Shown here one piece after another: positions 25,527-39,800 of a stretch of 64,000 bases of DNA. Source of the DNA: the human T2T-CHM13v2.0 reference genome, Homo sapiens. The notes under the pieces are model-generated. The model searched no databases, was not told where the DNA came from, and was given only the letters and a program-made list of their open reading frames with translations. The stretch lies in the NCBI RefSeq assembly GCF_009914755.1, contig NC_060930.1, one strand, 5' to 3'. A program made the translations under genes and the position numbers. Numbering within the stretch: the stretch's first letter is position 1; every line of letters starts with the position of its first letter.

Positions 25527-26270
25527 TGTGGTAGGCAGAGTAACTCTCCCCACCCCACCAGAGATGTCTATGCTCTAATTCCAGGAGCCTGTAATGTTAC
25601 ATCACATGGCAACAAAAGCCCCTGCAGGCTGGGTGTTGTAGCTCGCACCTGTAATCCCAGCACTTTCAGAGGCCATGGGGGGAGAAGGCCTTGAGCCTAG
25701 GAGTTAGAGACCAGCCTGGGTTACACAGGGAGACCCCATCTCTACAAACAAACAAAAAGAGTCTGCAGATGTAATTAAGGTTACAGAACCCCAAATGTGA
25801 AAATTATCCTGGATTATCCAGAAGGGTCCAATCTAATCACAAAAGCCATTAAAAGCAGGGAATGTTCTCTGGTTGGAATCATGGAGACGCCGGCAAAAGG
25901 AAGGCAGAGACGTTTCCAGCATGAAAGGGATTCAACGCACCCTTGCTGGTCCTGAAATGCGGGACCCACGTGCAGGGCTTCTAGGAGGCGAGGGTATCCC
26001 TCAGCTCACAGCCAGCAAGGCAGTGGGGACCCAGTCCTACAACTGCAAGGACCTGAATCCTGCCAACAACCTGAATGAGCCTGGAAGCCACTAGCTCCCC
26101 AAAGCCTCCAGAAAGAATCAAAGTCCTGTCTACACTTTCTGGGACCTGGAGTCGAAAAGCCAGCTGAGCCCAGACTTCTGACATGTGGAAATTATGAAAT
26201 AATACACTGGTGGTGTTTTTGGCCACTAAATGGTGGTGATTTCTTATAGCAGCGATAAAAAACTAATACA
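25527..26270 (+). mobile_element. MLT1D-like LTR
   Basis: TG..CA termini (tgtggtaggcagagtaa..aactaataca); 5-bp TSD ccggt / ccggc. Confidence 0.85.
25627..25758 (+). mobile_element. FLAM / Alu left monomer
   Basis: Single Alu arm ending gagaccccatctctacaaacaaaac. Confidence 0.85.
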
Positions 26271-28873
26271 CCGGCCACGAAGAAGTAGGCTGCCATGCTG
26301 CAAAAGAGCCAGCTGGCAAGCAGCTGACAGCAGCCCCACCTGACGGCCACCAAGGAAACAGAGCCTCAGCCCCCCAGTCACAAGCACCTCGATTCTGCCA
26401 GCCACCACAGCAGCTGGAAAGAGGACCCCAACTCCAGACACGAATTCAGCCTGGCCAGCACCTTCACTGGAGCCTTGTAAGGCCCAGACCCCTGTGGCTC
26501 AGCAACTGTGAGATGGTGAATGTAGGTTGTTTTAAGCCACCAAGGCAATCTGTAACTAATGCACCCCCTTCAGGACTGTGGTCCAGGCTGCTTCCTGACC
26601 ACATCATCCCAGCACCTAAACTCACTTTTACTAATTCAGGATTGGGACTTGTGTGTAACATATAAGAATTTAGGATAAAGACCTAACATGACTGAGCACC
26701 AATTACATGCAAACATAGAGTCTCTCTTTCCCAGCACATTTTAAATCATGTCTGTCTAAGTCTAGAGACCACGCCCTGCTCTTCACAATGGCGATACAGT
26801 TCTCAAATGTGGACGCCACGCAATAATGAACTCCTGTTCATGGCATTTGCATTCAGAGTCTGCCTCTGAGTCATGCAAGAACACCATCCCATCGCTTTGC
26901 TCCAAATGTTTTCCTCCTAAAGTATCTTATCCAATTTGTAGCCACCAAAGAAATTTTCCTAGAAAAAAAGCTATCACACCAGGAAGACAGTCATATACTG
27001 TGTCTGGACTAGACTACGGCTTGGAACGTCCCTTCCATCTTGAGAGTCTGTGATTCTAACTCCCACTGGGGCCTACTTGGAAAACACGTTTGGTCTCCCA
27101 ACATAAGTATCTTTGAAATTATTTTTGAAAGGACAAACATTCACCTGCTTGTAAAATCAGTCCCATCGCTTCCTAGTGGCCCCCGAGGGTCCCCTCCTTG
27201 CTTGCTCCACCTTGAAGGGTCACCTAGTCCCCCGTCCACTACCGCTAACACCCAGACGCTGCCTCTGAGCATCTGTGAAGGGGAGGGAGGATGCTTGGGA
27301 GAGTGCTGAGCATGCATTTTCTCCACTCTCCGAACTTTCTTTTTCAAAAGAAAATTTCTTCAAACAAAGCAGTTACAAGTCCTTAGTCCGTTGAAGTTTG
27401 AAAACAAAGATATCTTTGAGTTTTCTAAACACATACTAAAATAAAGGTTATTTTTTCACTTTCAAAAAAGACAGATCGATTCTTTTGGCGTTCAAATACA
27501 GCCAGGCAGAATTTAACTAAAAACTTTCCCGAGTACTATTTTTGCAACAGAGGCCAGCCACCAATATTTTTTAATCTGAAAGAGGTTATTTTTTCTTTCA
27601 AAAAAAGAAAAAGACATCATTGGAAGACAATGAACAAAGGAGCTAAATAGGAAAGGCTTGCCAACCATATAAGTGCCTAATATTAAGATATCATCAAATG
27701 AATTGTTCATACCTTCTCGTTAGATGTCATTTTGGGATCCAGATGATAATTTTAGTGGAAATCACTCACACTTCCTTGAGGTAGAACAGCCACTAAATCT
27801 CTTCCCATTTCAGAGATATATTGTACCATTCTCCTATTTTTAGTGCCCTACCCTGCCTCTTCTTCAGCATAATCCGGGTGGGTGAGGGGGAGAATGTTTA
27901 ATCTCCCTCCACAGGCACCACATGTGTTATTTTCTAGTACCTATGTCTCATTATCGGTGTTATTTTAATCATTAATTTCAGTGTAACGGCAGGATTTGCT
28001 TCAGTTGCATTTAAATCATAATAAAGCTCAATAAAAAGAAAATGAGGAAGAAAGAGAAAATATCATTCGGAGGACTAGCCAAACACTCCAACAAAAGAGA
28101 CCTTTTTAATTTTCATGACGTGATAAAGTGATAGCCTTTTGAATAGACAATTAGGCTCATAAACCTGATACACCAAGGGCTTAATTCACAAACACACATT
28201 GCCACTAATACATTTGCAGAGTAACTCTCTGCTTAACAGGATTAGAATACAGCAAATCATTCATTATTAATGGGAATCTGCATTGCCTAGGTCTTCATCC
28301 CTAGATAGACCAGTATTTAAATCAAATAATTTAGCACAATTTCAGGAGCTTATTGCTGCACATAGGTTGCTCATGGACAGCTCTGTGTTTCCATGCATAG
28401 AACTAGGAATCATTACTAGGGGCATTGCTAACCTGCCTTAGCTCCTGTTACAGGGAGGATTTCGATTCCAGAAGCTCTGTGCCTTGCCCTGTTCACCCAT
28501 ACAATGAGAAGGAACCACCTGGCTGGTGCATCTGCTTCCAGAGAGGCTGTGAGCTCCACCATATTCCATGCTCCCTGTTTTCACTTTAGCTCTGGTCAGT
28601 GATTTTGCAAAAATGCAGAACACATGTCACAAGGGGATTCAGACAAAACCTCGTCTAGAGCAGAGATGGAATTTACAGAGTTGTCATTTCAGCAGTGTTG
28701 TCAAGGGCGTTGTCATCCCACCGAAAGGACACGGAAGACTTCCCTCCCTTTGCCTTACAGTAGGTGTAGCTGCCTTTACAGGCAGGTGTACCAATGTGAG
28801 GAGTAACAACTCAGGGAAGGTGACACTGGAAAGTGATTCATCTTTATTATTGAGCGTCTAATTTGTCCCAAGC

Positions 28874-28986
28874 CTAGAGTCACCAACTGTCCCAATTTGG
28901 CTGAGACTAAAGGGTTTCCCAGGGCACAGACTTTTAGGTTTAAAACCAGAACATTCCTGGGCAGACCGGATGAGCTGATCATCCTA
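28874..28986. mobile_element. MER81-like hAT-Blackjack MITE
   Basis: About 113 bp with degenerate TIRs tagagtcaccaact.. / ..agctgatcatccta. Confidence 0.8.
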
Positions 28987-30399
28987 GCAAAGCAATGAGC
29001 TTTCCATTATTTCATGATACCTTCAACCTTATGAAAGAGATATCCTTATGTTTAGAGGTAGAAAATGAGCCTCAAAGAAATTAAATAATTTTCTCCTACA
29101 TCACAGCCAGTAGGGCTGGTACGCAATCCCAGATCTCTCTAACTTCTCTGCCCATCACCTCCGGTTCTTCTCAGGCAGCCAAACACCCAGCCAACCTGTA
29201 GCACCTTGCTACTGTGGCTGCTGCTGTAGGCACCCAGGTCATATGCTTCCCTGCCCAAAGGAAATCAAGACTTCCTAGGACTTAAACAAAAGCTTCAGAT
29301 GATCTGAGAACTAACCAGACCTATGAGCAAGGCTTAACTAAGGGCCAATTCAATTAGCACCTCACTGCCACCCCCGAGGGTCCTGCAGAGACTACTGTCC
29401 ACTGGAAGAAGAATGTACAGCAAAACCACTGCAGATATTTTCAAAAAAAAAAAAAAAAATCTCTCCTACCCTCAACCAGGAGACTTTGATTCAGCAGGCT
29501 TAGTAGTGTGCCTGACACACTTAGTGGTGTTTTCAGATAAAGATCTCAAGTCCCCCACATGATTCATGAAGCCTTGATACCCGCCCAGTTCTGCTGCCCT
29601 GGGCTAAATAAGACTGAGGCTTACTCCACAGCCTGGTCAGCCTCTGGGCCTCATAAATGAGCCCAGGGTAAGTCCAGGCAAGGCTTTCTCTGCGGTCAAA
29701 TAAACCACATGGAGGGAAAAGTTTGGGGAAGAAAAAGTATCCCAGCTCTACTATGCAATGTTGGGTAAATCCCTTCACCTCTTAGTGCACCCACATCCTC
29801 ATTCGTAGCATGGGGATCACACTGTTGCCCACCCAAGGACAGCACACACGAGGCACTGGGCACATCGACTCACCTGGCGCTGACTCCCACACTCTTTCCA
29901 CACTGGCACCCACTCAACCTCAACTGAGATCCTCAACAATCACATTATTTTGTTTCAAAGAGGTTCCACCCCGTAGGCAGACACCACGGAATCTCACCCA
30001 TTTTGTTCTGGCCTCTGTACGGCTGTCCATTCTCATCTTTGGAATAACAGTGCCCTTCATTCCCTTCCAGAACCCAGTCCAGCAAAAGAGGCCTCAGTGG
30101 GTGCAACTCATAGATGAAATTATAAACTGAAAACATTGTATGTTAAGTGGTGGGCTGTTCTCATTTGAAAAGGAGTGTTTGCTTTACAAAAGGATTACTG
30201 AAAGTTTTTAAAATAGAGCCTGAATTGCATTTATCATTAGTTTTGAGTAACAGTAAGTAGTAGTATATTTCCAGCCTCTGAAATCTAGAATCCTTAAGAC
30301 CTGGTCTCAGGAAGTTTTCTAGTTTATGGAAGAAAATAAGTTTCCATGTTCATAATTCCCTTCCCTTTTCAGTTTCCTTTGCATATTGGCCCTCCAGGT

Positions 30400-31795
30400 C
30401 TTCGGGACTGATTTGGTGGCCCTCTCCCTTCATCCCCTGCATTTTCTCTTTCTAGGGGATCTCATCCATTACTGTTTTGTATCTGCACCAAGACATCATT
30501 TCTGGACGTCAACGGCCAATCTTGACCTGAAGGTCTACGTGCATGTCCAAGGTGACGTGCCTGTTATGGGTTGAATTTTTGTCTCCCAATAAAAGATCTT
30601 TTGACATCTTAACCCTCAATACCTCCAAATGTGACCTTACTGGGAAACAGGGTCATTGCAGATATAATTGGTTAAGATTCAGTCATAGTGGAGTAGAGTG
30701 GGCCCCTTATCCAATATGACCAGTATCTTTATAAAAAGATGACCTTGTGAAGACACAAAGACACAGAGATACCCTGTGAAGATGGAGGCAGAGGTTGGAG
30801 TGATGCTGCCACAGGCCACCAGAAGCTGGAAGGGGTAAGGAAGGAGCCTCCCCTCCAGGTTTCAAAGGCAGTGTGGGCCTGCTGACGCTGTGATTTCAGA
30901 TTTTTGGATGCCAGAATTGTGAGAGATTACATTTCTGTTGTTTTTGAGCCACCTGCTTTGTGATCCTTTGTTATGACAGCCCAGGGGACTCACACAGCTC
31001 CCAGCCTGGACTCTAGTGTCCCCCTCAGGAAATGGGACCTCCTACACTCAGTTTCAGGTAGCAGACACCTGGGCACTGTCCTCGGCCCTCCCTTTCCCTC
31101 TCCCTCCCTGTGTATCCAGCCCTGCCCAGGTCCCTCCAATCCCACCACTTCACTTACAGCCACCTCCACCCAGTGATGGTGTAGCCTCCTGACTGGCTTT
31201 CATGTCTATCTTGCTGCCCTGGTCCACCCTCCACAAGCATCCCGATTGGTCCTTCTCCACATGGGTTCACATCACCGCACTGCTAATTAACACTCTGTGG
31301 ACTCCACTGCACGTCAGGTGAAACCCACACCACCACAGAACTACCTTGCATTGCCTGATGTCTGCTGTCCCTTCTGGCTTCATCAGCTGCCACCACCGTC
31401 CCCTTGATCATAAAACTGGACAATGCTGGCCTTTGGGTCTTCCTTCATGTGGCTGTTATTTTTGCCAAAGTCTCTAACTCCCATTTGCCATTAGGTCTCA
31501 GCCCAAAAGCCACTTCCTCAGAGAAGTGCCATCTGTTTCCAGCCCTCCTGCCACATAATCTCTCTTCACAGTCCCCGTTTTCCCCTCGCGGCATTTGTCA
31601 CAGCTCTTAGTCACATATTTATTAGTGTGGGGGTTGTTCACGGGTGCTGTTGCTTTTCATGTCTTTCTCTCCCTCACTGTGGGCTCCATACGAGCAGGGA
31701 CAGTATCTATTTGTTCTCCTGGTGTTGGCAGAGAGTAGAACAATGCCTGGCTCCTAGGAGGTGTTCTATAAATATTTGTGGAATGGTCCAGCCTA
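30400..31795 (+). mobile_element. L2 3' region interrupted by MLT1
   Basis: L2-like pyrimidine-rich sequence ending agaacaatgcctggctcctaggaggtgttctataaatatttgtggaatg. Confidence 0.7.
30562..30995 (+). mobile_element. MLT1B/C LTR
   Basis: tgttatgggttgaat..gtgaccttactgggaaacagggtcattgcagat..gaagatggaggcagag..ttgttatgacagcccaggg. Confidence 0.85.
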
Positions 31796-32462
31796 AATGC
31801 CTCTCTTTGTGGCATGATGAGGTATAGGGATGTGTTGATTCTAAAATAAACACTATTAACGCTGGCACTAACTCTGCTCACACCAGGAGGGCTGTGAGAA
31901 GGCAGAGCTGCTGAGAAACACCACATCAGGACTGCTGCCTAAGGAGGCGTGGCCAGGCATCTGAGTCCTTGATTTTCTGTGGCCTACAGGGTGCGTCCGG
32001 CCAGATTCCTGATGTAAGGGATTACCTGATTGGTTCTTGATGCTTTGCAAAGCTCTTCCTCAAGGATGACCTTACAGAGACTCACAACAACCCCATGAGG
32101 GAGGTCCCATAGGCGTCACTATCCCCATTTCCCAAATAAAGACAGAGGGGCAGGGCTCACGCAGCTCATCAGGCCAGGTCTGGTCTCCTCACTGGGTAGA
32201 GAGGCCCTTAACACAACAGGAAGTACTGCAGCTTCTAAAGAATGACTTTTTGACAAAAAGCAACATATGAATCTAGCAAGGAATTGATCCTAACATATGG
32301 GATTATCATCTGGGTTCCATCAGAGCCACCCCTGTGGTCACATGATCATTGTCTAACAGTGTCATCAGAAGCAGCTGGTAGTTATCCATAACTCTTGGAA
32401 CAAGAAGAGAAACACCAGCCTGAGTGTTTCCTGGCTACAAGTCATTAAGGCAATTTCACTTA

Positions 32463-32792
<330 letters not shown>

Positions 32793-33152
32793 TTAGACAA
32801 AATACTGGATTTTTAAAACCAAATCTGTAAGAAAAACAAAAATTTTAGTTCTAACTCTCTAGTGAATGGGAGTATCCTAACGAAATCAGCATCTCCACCC
32901 GCAAATTGAAGTTACCTCTCTGGGACCTGCAGTACTCAACTCATCTCTCCTCTGCCTTTCCAGGCAGAAGATCCAAACTAAAGCAGCAATGGGTCAATTT
33001 GCCAGACTTATTTATGTGTCAAGTGCCTTTAATGATAAAAAAGGATTGATCCTGCATTCAAGAATGACTCAAAGGTGATGATGGAGGCTGCCCTGGTGAT
33101 GGCCTCATCCTGGCAGGACAGATCTGCCTGCTGCTGTTAGAGGCAAAGTGGT

Positions 33153-33550
<398 letters not shown>

Positions 33551-33789
33551 CAGTGAGCCACACACAATGCTTTTCTGTTGACTCCAGGCTTTAGCAACTC
33601 TCGAAAAGGTCTCCCCTGCTCACAAAACACTCACCTTACTGACAATCACTGTGGTCACTCAACACCTCTCAATCCAGCCACTCCCCCCATCTCCAATATC
33701 ACTGCCTCAGCTCTAGCCATCATCTCTCATCTGCATTGCCACCAAGGCTGCCAGCCGGGTCCCCAGCCTCCTCACCCCTTTCCAAGTCA

Positions 33790-34865
33790 GATGTGTTTTC
33801 AAACATAATTATGCGACTCCCAAACTCAACTGTGGCTGAAGCACCTGGACACTGCTGTGACCATCCAGGGCTGGCACAGAAGTTTTTGAGGAGAAAAAAC
33901 AGTACTCAACATCTGCCAGGCACTGCCCCAAACTGCCAGCTCAAGGTAGCTCTCACTTTCCTCATTAAGTCAAGCTACATTCCTTTCAATGATATCATAT
34001 GTGTGTGATGCTGGGTTTTCCAGACTGCTGTGATAAAAAGTAAGCACCTTCTTATATACCCAAAGGAAGTGAACACAGGAGCTCAAAGAGATGCTGGTTC
34101 ACCTATGTTCACAGCAGCACTATTCACAATAGCCAACAGGTGGAAACAGCCCAAATGTCCATCAACAGATGAATGAATAAACAAAATGTGGTGTATCCGT
34201 ACCATGGAGTATTACTCATTCTTAAAAAGAAAGGAAGAACTGAAACATACTACAACATGGATGAAAACTGAAAACATGCTAAGTGAAAAAAGCCAAACAC
34301 AAAAGGATAAGTATCATTCCACTTATATGAGGCACCTAGCACAGTCAAAGTCACAGAGACAGAAAGTAGAATAGCGATTGCCAGGGGCTAGGGGAGTGCA
34401 GAATGGGAAGATATTGTTTAATGGGTCCAGAACTTCCCTTTGGGGTGATGAGAAAGTTCTGGAAATGGATAGTGGTGATGGTTGCACAACATTGTGAAGG
34501 TACTTAATCCCATTAAAGTGTGCACTTAAAAATGGTTAAAATAGTAAACTTCATGTTAGGTATATTTTATCACAGTAATAAAAAAATACATACCATGCAG
34601 AAATCCAGATGAAAGAAGAAATGAAGGTAGCAGTGTTCCAAAGTTTGAGAAACCATGTGGTGCCCAACTAGTAAGTAATTGCAATATTTAAGAATGCAAT
34701 GAAAATTTTTTTCATTTAATTTACATTCATTCATTTTCAAAAAACCACTAAGTTGTTAGAGCATAAATACTTCTGAGGCTTTTTGAATGTGCTACTTCAT
34801 CAACAGAACTGTTGGGTATTCTTTTGCTTTAAAGGTACCTTGGAAAGGTTGCTGACACTCCAGTG
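33790..34865 (+). mobile_element. hAT-Charlie relic with transposase C-terminal remnant, split by L1MB
   Basis: Frameshifted SYVCDAGFS..AVIKSKH (cf. hAT dimerisation motif TYLCEsgFS) at ~33995-34047, resuming EEMKVAV..PKFEK at ~34615-34670. Outer ends approximate. Confidence 0.6.
34050..34588 (+). mobile_element. L1MB 3' end
   Basis: cagcactattcacaatagcca..aaatgtccatcaacagatgaatg..gatagtggtgatggttgcacaacattgtga..aataaaaaaa. Confidence 0.9.
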
Positions 34866-34929
34866 CTATGAATTGAGACACCACCTATGAGATTTACAAA
34901 ACAATCCTGAATCTCACCCACTTTCCAAT

Positions 34930-35430
34930 TTACAGTAAGAACAGGGGACAGAGGAACATGTTAAATGACACCACAAGGAAGTAGTCAGCAAATCTAAACT
35001 GTGGGGAACACAGGACAAAGAAACCCTGTTCTTGAACAAATATACTGCACAGAAATAAAAAGAAAGATGAATTAAGAAGCATATCAATCAATTGCAATAT
35101 ATATATAATTATTGGATCCTGATTCAAATAAAGTATAAGAATATTTTTTAGAAAAATCAGAAGAAATTTAAGAACCACCTGGATGTTTGATGTTATTTAG
35201 GAATTGTTAATTTTTTGATACAATAATGAAATCATGGTTCTGTTTTTTCAGCAAGTTCTCGTCTTTCAGAGATACACGTTAAAATGTTTTTAAAATGTTT
35301 TTAAAATGTTATTAGGACCTTGCTTCAAAATCATCTAAGTTTGGAGATGGGAAGGGAGTGGTAGAAGAGATAAAGCCAGCTGTGAACTTATCAGTATGGA
35401 AGCTGGGTAATGGGTACATGGAGAGCTCGG
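34930..35430 (+). mobile_element. Old L1M (L1MC4/L1ME-like) 3' fragment
   Basis: gaggaacatgttaaatgacaccacaaggaa..ggatcctgattcaaa..gaagctgggtaatgggtacatg. Confidence 0.6.
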
Positions 35431-37129
35431 GATGAAGTTTGGACTTGGGAGCAAGGCACCATACCCCCGCCCACATACTCTGGCCCCTGACACTGAACCC
35501 CAGGCTGGTCCCCAGACTCACAGCTCCCTCTCATCTTGTGGCCTTTGGCAGAGCCTGTTTCCTTTGCTCTTATTCTCTTCTCCCTCCTCTTCATCTGAAA
35601 ACCCTCCACATCACACAGATCCCAGCACGGCCCCTTCTCCTCCTGGGATACACTGTCTAACACCCTCTCCATCACTGGTTTGGGAGCTTTTCCTCAATGC
35701 TTTGTGGTCCCTATCACAGAACTTTGTAAAATAGACTTTAATTTCCTATTAACTGATTGATTGGACTGATGTCTGGTACATAGTATATATTCAATAAACA
35801 TTTGTCTAATTAAGAAATGAATGGCTAAACAACTGAATAAATGCTATTATAATTACAGATCATTCTCTCCTGTGCCAGTTTGCCATCTACATAGATACCA
35901 TTATAAAGCTTTTATTGCAGGGAGAAATGGAGTTTCTCTCCCACCTGGAAGGAAGGACCTGAGAAGGCACCTGTAAGAATGAAAAGGCACGCATATGTAA
36001 GGCCACCTCACTGTGTCACAAGTGGAGACACAAGGAATTGAGCCAACAACACAGCTCCCAGAAAGGCAAGACCCTAATGGAGGGTAACAGGGTTAGAAGG
36101 GGGCCACTCTGGTTATGGAAATCGTGACTGCAGAGAAATCCCGGGCTCACTCTCCAGATGCTTACCTGACTCTGAGCCACTCCTGGGGACTCACACGTCT
36201 CTTCAAATCCCCTTCCAGGCTGAACCCTGGTGTCTGACAGGCATCCACCCCGCTTCATGTGTTCATTACACAAGAACGAGTTACCGCTCACTGACTGCAC
36301 TGAGCCTCACCCAGACTGTGTGCTGGGCAGTGCGACCAATTCAAACGTGAATACTGACAAAGACAAGACAGGTGCAGACACAGCCACACGGCAACACAGG
36401 GCGCACTCAGGAGCGGGAGGGGGAGAAGGTCAGGCAAGTGGGGAGATGGTGACTGAGCTGGCATCCTGCCAGGTAAGCAAGCCAGGACAGAAGCCCAGAA
36501 CCTGAGCCACAGACCACGAGGGGTGGCATGGGACAGCTGCCTGGCAGCGGGTGCGAGGGGCTACCTGAGTTGGGTTTCCAGTTGGACCAGGGAAGGCTTC
36601 CTCCTGTGGCAAGTGCAGAGGCAGAGTGGCCACGGTGCTGTCGGTGGCCCCGTCAAGGCAGGTTTTTCCCACCCTCCCCCCTTGCTCAGATGGGAGCGTC
36701 CGGGAGTCAGGGCTGCAACAGCCAGGCGTTGCCCCCGATACCACACAGTTCAGAGGAAGGAGAGGCTGTGAGGTCTATCTGCTGTCTCCTCCTGGAGCTC
36801 TCTCTTAAAGGAAAACAAAATCTCCCCCAGAAGACCAGCAGCCAACTTCTGGTCAAGCCACCTGGCCAAAACTGGATGGCAGCCCACCCTGGGTTTGGCG
36901 AGCACACAATGGCAGGTCCACGTGGAACCTGTTTGCCCGGCCGTTAGCCCTTTCTGACTCCTGGGTAGAATCAGGAGATGTCTTCGGCAGTCTCCCACAA
37001 CCCAAGCAGGCTGTGAACTGAAGAAATGGCCCGGGTTGCTTCCAAGCAGAGGTCTGGAGATGAGACAAGACTTGCCCTGAGTTCCGTTCCCACCACGCCA
37101 TTTCTCCGCCCCACTGGGCCTGGGGCCTG

Positions 37130-37268
37130 GCTGCACGGAACAATTTCCCAGGCCCCACCCATATCAATTACATCCAAAGCTCCAAGGGTTGGGGTCCAGG
37201 CCCCTGTGGCTTTGTTTTTTAACCTCCCAGTGGATTCAGATGCACAGTGAGGATTGAGGACCAGTGCT
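37130..37268. mobile_element. MER5-like hAT MITE fragment
   Basis: ccaggccccaccc..cccagtggattcagatgcacagtgaggattgaggaccagtgct. Confidence 0.65.
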
Positions 37269-37271
37269 CTA

Positions 37272-38129
<858 letters not shown>

Positions 38130-38850
38130 TCATCTGTGAAATAGAAACAAAACAGCTGCCCCACCGCTGTCACTGGAGGGATTAAAGAGAACATCCACAA
38201 AGCACCTGGCACAGAGCTCACAAAGTACACAAGGCACTTAGCACGTACTCAAAAAACAGAAGGCTCTATTATTAGTCACGTTACAATGGAGGTGTCGGTG
38301 TGCTGTACGCGTGCAACCCTGCGCTGGCCCAACCTCCCCCCACCTAGTATTTTTTTTTTTTTTGCCTTCTCAAAATGTGGAAGCACCAAAAAATAATGTG
38401 CATTCCTGCTTTCTGCACTGATTCTAACCCTCTGGAGTTTTCTTATAGAATGATGCTTATCAGAGGAAAAACATCTGTTCCACTTTCTTTAATCTCTAAT
38501 TTATCTAATCTCCCCGTATAAAATAGGTATACTGCTAATGAGTAAATTCCTGCCAAGGGAATGAAAATGCTTGTTACAATTACTTATTCTGCTCATTGAC
38601 TTTACCCTCTGTGGTCCAATATCACACAACATAAATATAATGGATGGGCCACTTTTTTCTGGCATCTTCATCACCGGCCACTAATAGAGAGCCTTTCAGA
38701 ATAGAAAGTTGTCATTTTCCATCTCTCTACTCGAAGCACCAGACACAAGTTTGCCAGAGTAAATCTCCTCCTCAGACAAGTGAGTGTCCTCACCCAGCCC
38801 AAGGCACAAGCCCCGAAGAATCCTGTGCGGTGGCGACGGTGATGGAGAGA

Positions 38851-38869
38851 GGCCACCAGAGGGCGCAGA
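38851..38869 (+). promoter_or_regulatory. CTCF core motif
   Basis: ggCCACCAGAGGGCGCaga matches the CTCF consensus CCASYAGRKGGCRS, in non-repeat, locally CpG-rich sequence. Confidence 0.75.
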
Positions 38870-39419
38870 AGAGCAGCAAGGCTGCCCCCTCCAAGGCCGG
38901 CGACTCGGCCACCTGGGCCGCCAAGCCCTGCATGGGGTGTTTATCGTTGGAAAGGGTGTTTTTCAGAACCTATAGCACCTTGGTGGTTCTTAATTTTTTT
39001 TTAAGTTAATAATCAAATACGATTTGCTCCCATGTGTTTATAAAAAGTAAGCCAAGATGACATTACTTAAAAGAACAGAGCTAGATCAAAAGAAAGTGAA
39101 TGAAATTTGAGAATTGTGGCGCTATGGGGGTGAGGTGGGGTCGTGGAGGGCCATCTGGAATGAATGCCTCATTTTACAGAAGAAACAAGGATAGGACGAG
39201 TAAACAGAGGGCCACAGCCAGGCCCAGGCCCCGGCTGCTGGTTCTGCGTCTGCTCAGCCACCAGGCTCGGGCAAAGCCGAAAACGTCAAGGACCAACAGA
39301 CAGGCCATCAGCCCTCGTCTCCTCTCTTTTCCATGTCTCTTTTACCCTGGGAAAAAGAGAACTGACGTTTCATATTATAACCTGAATTTGTACCATGACT
39401 TTCCATGGTTATTGGAGTT

Positions 39420-39800
39420 TTTTTGCTATTTTTATTGTGGTAGAGTATAGACAACATAAAAATTTACGATTTTCACCGTCTTTAAGGTACAATTCAGTGG
39501 CATAAAGTACATTTGCATTCTTGGGCAACCATCACCAACCATCCATCTCCAGAACTTTTCCATCGTCCCTAACGGGAACTCTGGACCCATCAAATTCCAG
39601 CTCCCTAATCCCCTGGCCCCCAGCCCTAGGAACGCCCATTCTCCTTTCTGCATCTATCAATTTGCCTATTCTTGGAACCTTACATAAAGGGAATCCTGCA
39701 ATATTTGTCCTAGTGCGTTGGCTTCTTTGATGTAGGACGATGTTTTCAAGGTTCAGCTGTGGTGTGGCAGGTGTCAGAACTTCCTTTTATGAATGAATAA
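39420..39800 (-). mobile_element. L1MB 3' end
   Basis: caacataaaatttac..acaattcagtggcat..catccatctccagaacttttccatc..ttttcaaggttca. Confidence 0.85.

Larger units (their letters stand above)
25370..26560 (+). mobile_element. Older MLT1 (MLT1E-like) LTR interrupted by MLT1D
   Basis: gcctgtgacttgcttc..gagagattctcttgccgg | resumes cacgaagaagtaggctgccatg..tgttttaagccac. Left end approximate. Confidence 0.65.

Noticed and set aside
36000-37130. GC-rich block with many overlapping ORFs as promoter or coding exon
   Set aside because: CpG density looks too low for a CpG island, no recognisable protein, and donor-like motifs fall on both strands.
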